Below the pieces are notes generated by a model. It searched no databases, was not told the origin of the DNA, and saw only the letters and a program-made list of their open reading frames with translations. A stretch of 64,000 bases of DNA, taken from NCBI GenBank assembly GCA_040902555.1, contig JBBDXC010000008.1, positions 34,629-98,628 of the forward strand, written 5' to 3'. The position numbers and the translations under genes were made by a program. This document shows, in pieces, positions 62,617 to 64,000 of this stretch; position 1 is the first letter of the stretch; every line of letters starts with the position of its first letter. The stretch comes from Dehalococcoidia bacterium (GTDB lineage Bacteria > Chloroflexota > Dehalococcoidia > WHTO01).

Positions 62617-63392
62617 GGGATGCTGTTCCCAGCACGCCGCCAGTGATCGAGGACGCGCGCGAGCTCACTGCTGTTCCCACTGGATAGGTATTCTACCCGA
62701 CCCTCCTCCGCATTTTCGTTGAGCAGGTCCGAGTCGGTCAGCAGCTGGCGGACGCGGCGGGCGACGGGCTCGGCGCTGTCGACCACCGTGGTGCCCGCCG
62801 GGACCAGGGACTCAATCAAGGGCCGGAGAAAGAAATAGTGGGTGCAGCCGAGGACGATCACGTCGCAGCCTTCTTCAAGGAGAGGCTGCAGAAACTCGTT
62901 CAAGAGAGGTCGTACCTCGGCTTCAGAGACGCCACGTTCGACAAGCGCTGCCAGGCCCGGCGCGGCAACAGTGCTGACAACCGAGCCCCGGGCAAACTCC
63001 TCGATCAGGTCGGCCAGCACCTCGGTCTGCGCCGTGCCTTCCGTGGCCAGGACGCCGACGCGACGCTTCTTGGAGAGGCTGCTAGCCGGCTTCACCGCCG
63101 GCACCATGCCTACAAAGGGCAGGTCGTAAGCGGCGCGCAGACTGGCCAGGGCCATCGTGCTGGCGGTATTGCAGGCGACGACGACCAGCTTGGCCCCCCG
63201 GCCGACGAGGACGTCGGTCGCCCGGCAGGCCAACTGCTGTATCTCACCTGCGGACCTGGGGCCGTAGGGGAAGTTGGCGCTGTCGGCGTAGTAGACCAGG
63301 TCCTCGCCGGGAAGCAACCGGGTGACCTCGCTGAGGACGGAAACGCCGCCGATCCCCGAGTCGAAGAAGCCTATCGGCCGGGGGTCGGTCAC
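62613..63392 (-). CDS. murI: Glutamate racemase
   Basis: FDSGIGG, FPYGPR, VACNTAS, LGCTHY. Confidence 0.96.
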   Translation of the reverse strand: MTDPRPIGFFDSGIGGVSVLSEVTRLLPGEDLVYYADSANFPYGPRSAGEIQQLACRATDVLVGRGAKLVVVACNTASTMALASLRAAYDLPFVGMVPAVKPASSLSKKRRVGVLATEGTAQTEVLADLIEEFARGSVVSTVAAPGLAALVERGVSEAEVRPLLNEFLQPLLEEGCDVIVLGCTHYFFLRPLIESLVPAGTTVVDSAEPVARRVRQLLTDSDLLNENAEEGRVEYLSSGNSSELARVLDHWRRAGNSIP

Positions 63393-63418
63393 AAGCCGAT
63401 GGTAGTAAACTGCTGCCG

Positions 63419-64000
63419 ATGATCATTCACGCGGCGCTGCGGCCGGGCTCGGGGACACAACCGGCACCGATTGTCATCGCGGTCGATACGCTGCGCGCCT
63501 CCACGACGATTACCGTCGCCCTCGAAAGCGGGGCTGAGTGCGTTCTTCCGGTGACGACGGTTGAAGATGGGCGCCGCTTGAAAGCAAGCCGGCCCGCCGC
63601 CTTGCTTTGTGGAGAGGAGCGAGCGCTGCCGCCGGAGGGATTCGACTACGGCAACTCCCCGCTGGAGTTCTCGAAGCTGGACCTATCGGGCAAGGTGATC
63701 ATCCTGGCCACCTCGAATGGCACTCCGCTTTTGCAGCGCTACGCCGACGCCGACCTGCTGCTGGTGGGCTGCCTGCGCAACGCCGCGGCAGTTGCGGCGT
63801 CGGCGGCCAACGTCAAGCGCGACGTCCTTGTGGCTTGCGCGGGGGCTGCAGCCAGCGGCGAGCCGGCCTTCGAAGACACCTTCACGGCCGGCGCGATCAT
63901 CAACGAGCTGATTCGCGACCAGGAGGGTTTTGAGCTTGGGGATGAGGCGCGCGAGGCCTTCGACCTCTTCCTGGCGCACGGCGGCGACGCAGCACAGGCC
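63419..64000 (+). CDS. comB: 2-phosphosulfolactate phosphatase (ComB family); runs off the window
   Basis: Manual translation from ATG 63419: VDTLRASTT, GFDYGNSPLE, ATSNGT, GCLRNA, EDTFTAG. Confidence 0.88.
   Translation, partial: MIIHAALRPGSGTQPAPIVIAVDTLRASTTITVALESGAECVLPVTTVEDGRRLKASRPAALLCGEERALPPEGFDYGNSPLEFSKLDLSGKVIILATSNGTPLLQRYADADLLLVGCLRNAAAVAASAANVKRDVLVACAGAAASGEPAFEDTFTAGAIINELIRDQEGFELGDEAREAFDLFLAHGGDAAQA

Overview
GC-rich bacterial chromosomal window. The gene content (secretin-less Tad pilus, paired CaiB CoA-transferases, tungsten-type AOR, MeaB/MCM-B12/epimerase, PyrF-DUF951) suggests a monoderm, probably Chloroflexota (Dehalococcoidia-like); this is inference only. Housekeeping and metabolic genes include leuB, an RluB-like synthase, groES/groEL with a CIRCE element, two tRNA-Ser genes, pyrF, murI, comB, MobB-MobA, a YdeP/FdhF oxidoreductase, AOR with MoaD and a DEAD-box helicase. 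Highlights: (1) a complete promoter, c-di-AMP riboswitch and terminator controlling an IPCT/DIPPS-like (compatible-solute or inositol-lipid) operon; (2) a defence-like island with an internally duplicated Cas4-like nuclease (one active and one degenerate domain, each with a C-terminal 4-Cys cluster), a Zn-ribbon protein and an MmeI-like Type IIL R-M enzyme; (3) an N-terminally truncated Rhs toxin followed by membrane immunity candidate, orphan toxin tip and paralogous immunity candidate; (4) a Flp/Tad pilus locus with a hairpin-dense leader and an upstream vWA-Ig-TM-degenerate-FHA protein; (5) unusual fusions (MoaC-DUF6308-like, PyrF-DUF951); (6) two genes that appear to need non-canonical start codons; (7) two dispersed repeat families, GTAG-type REPs with variable cargo and a CCTCACCCC...GAGAGGGG family with an internal segment in both orientations. 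No CRISPR array, integrase or transposase was seen.
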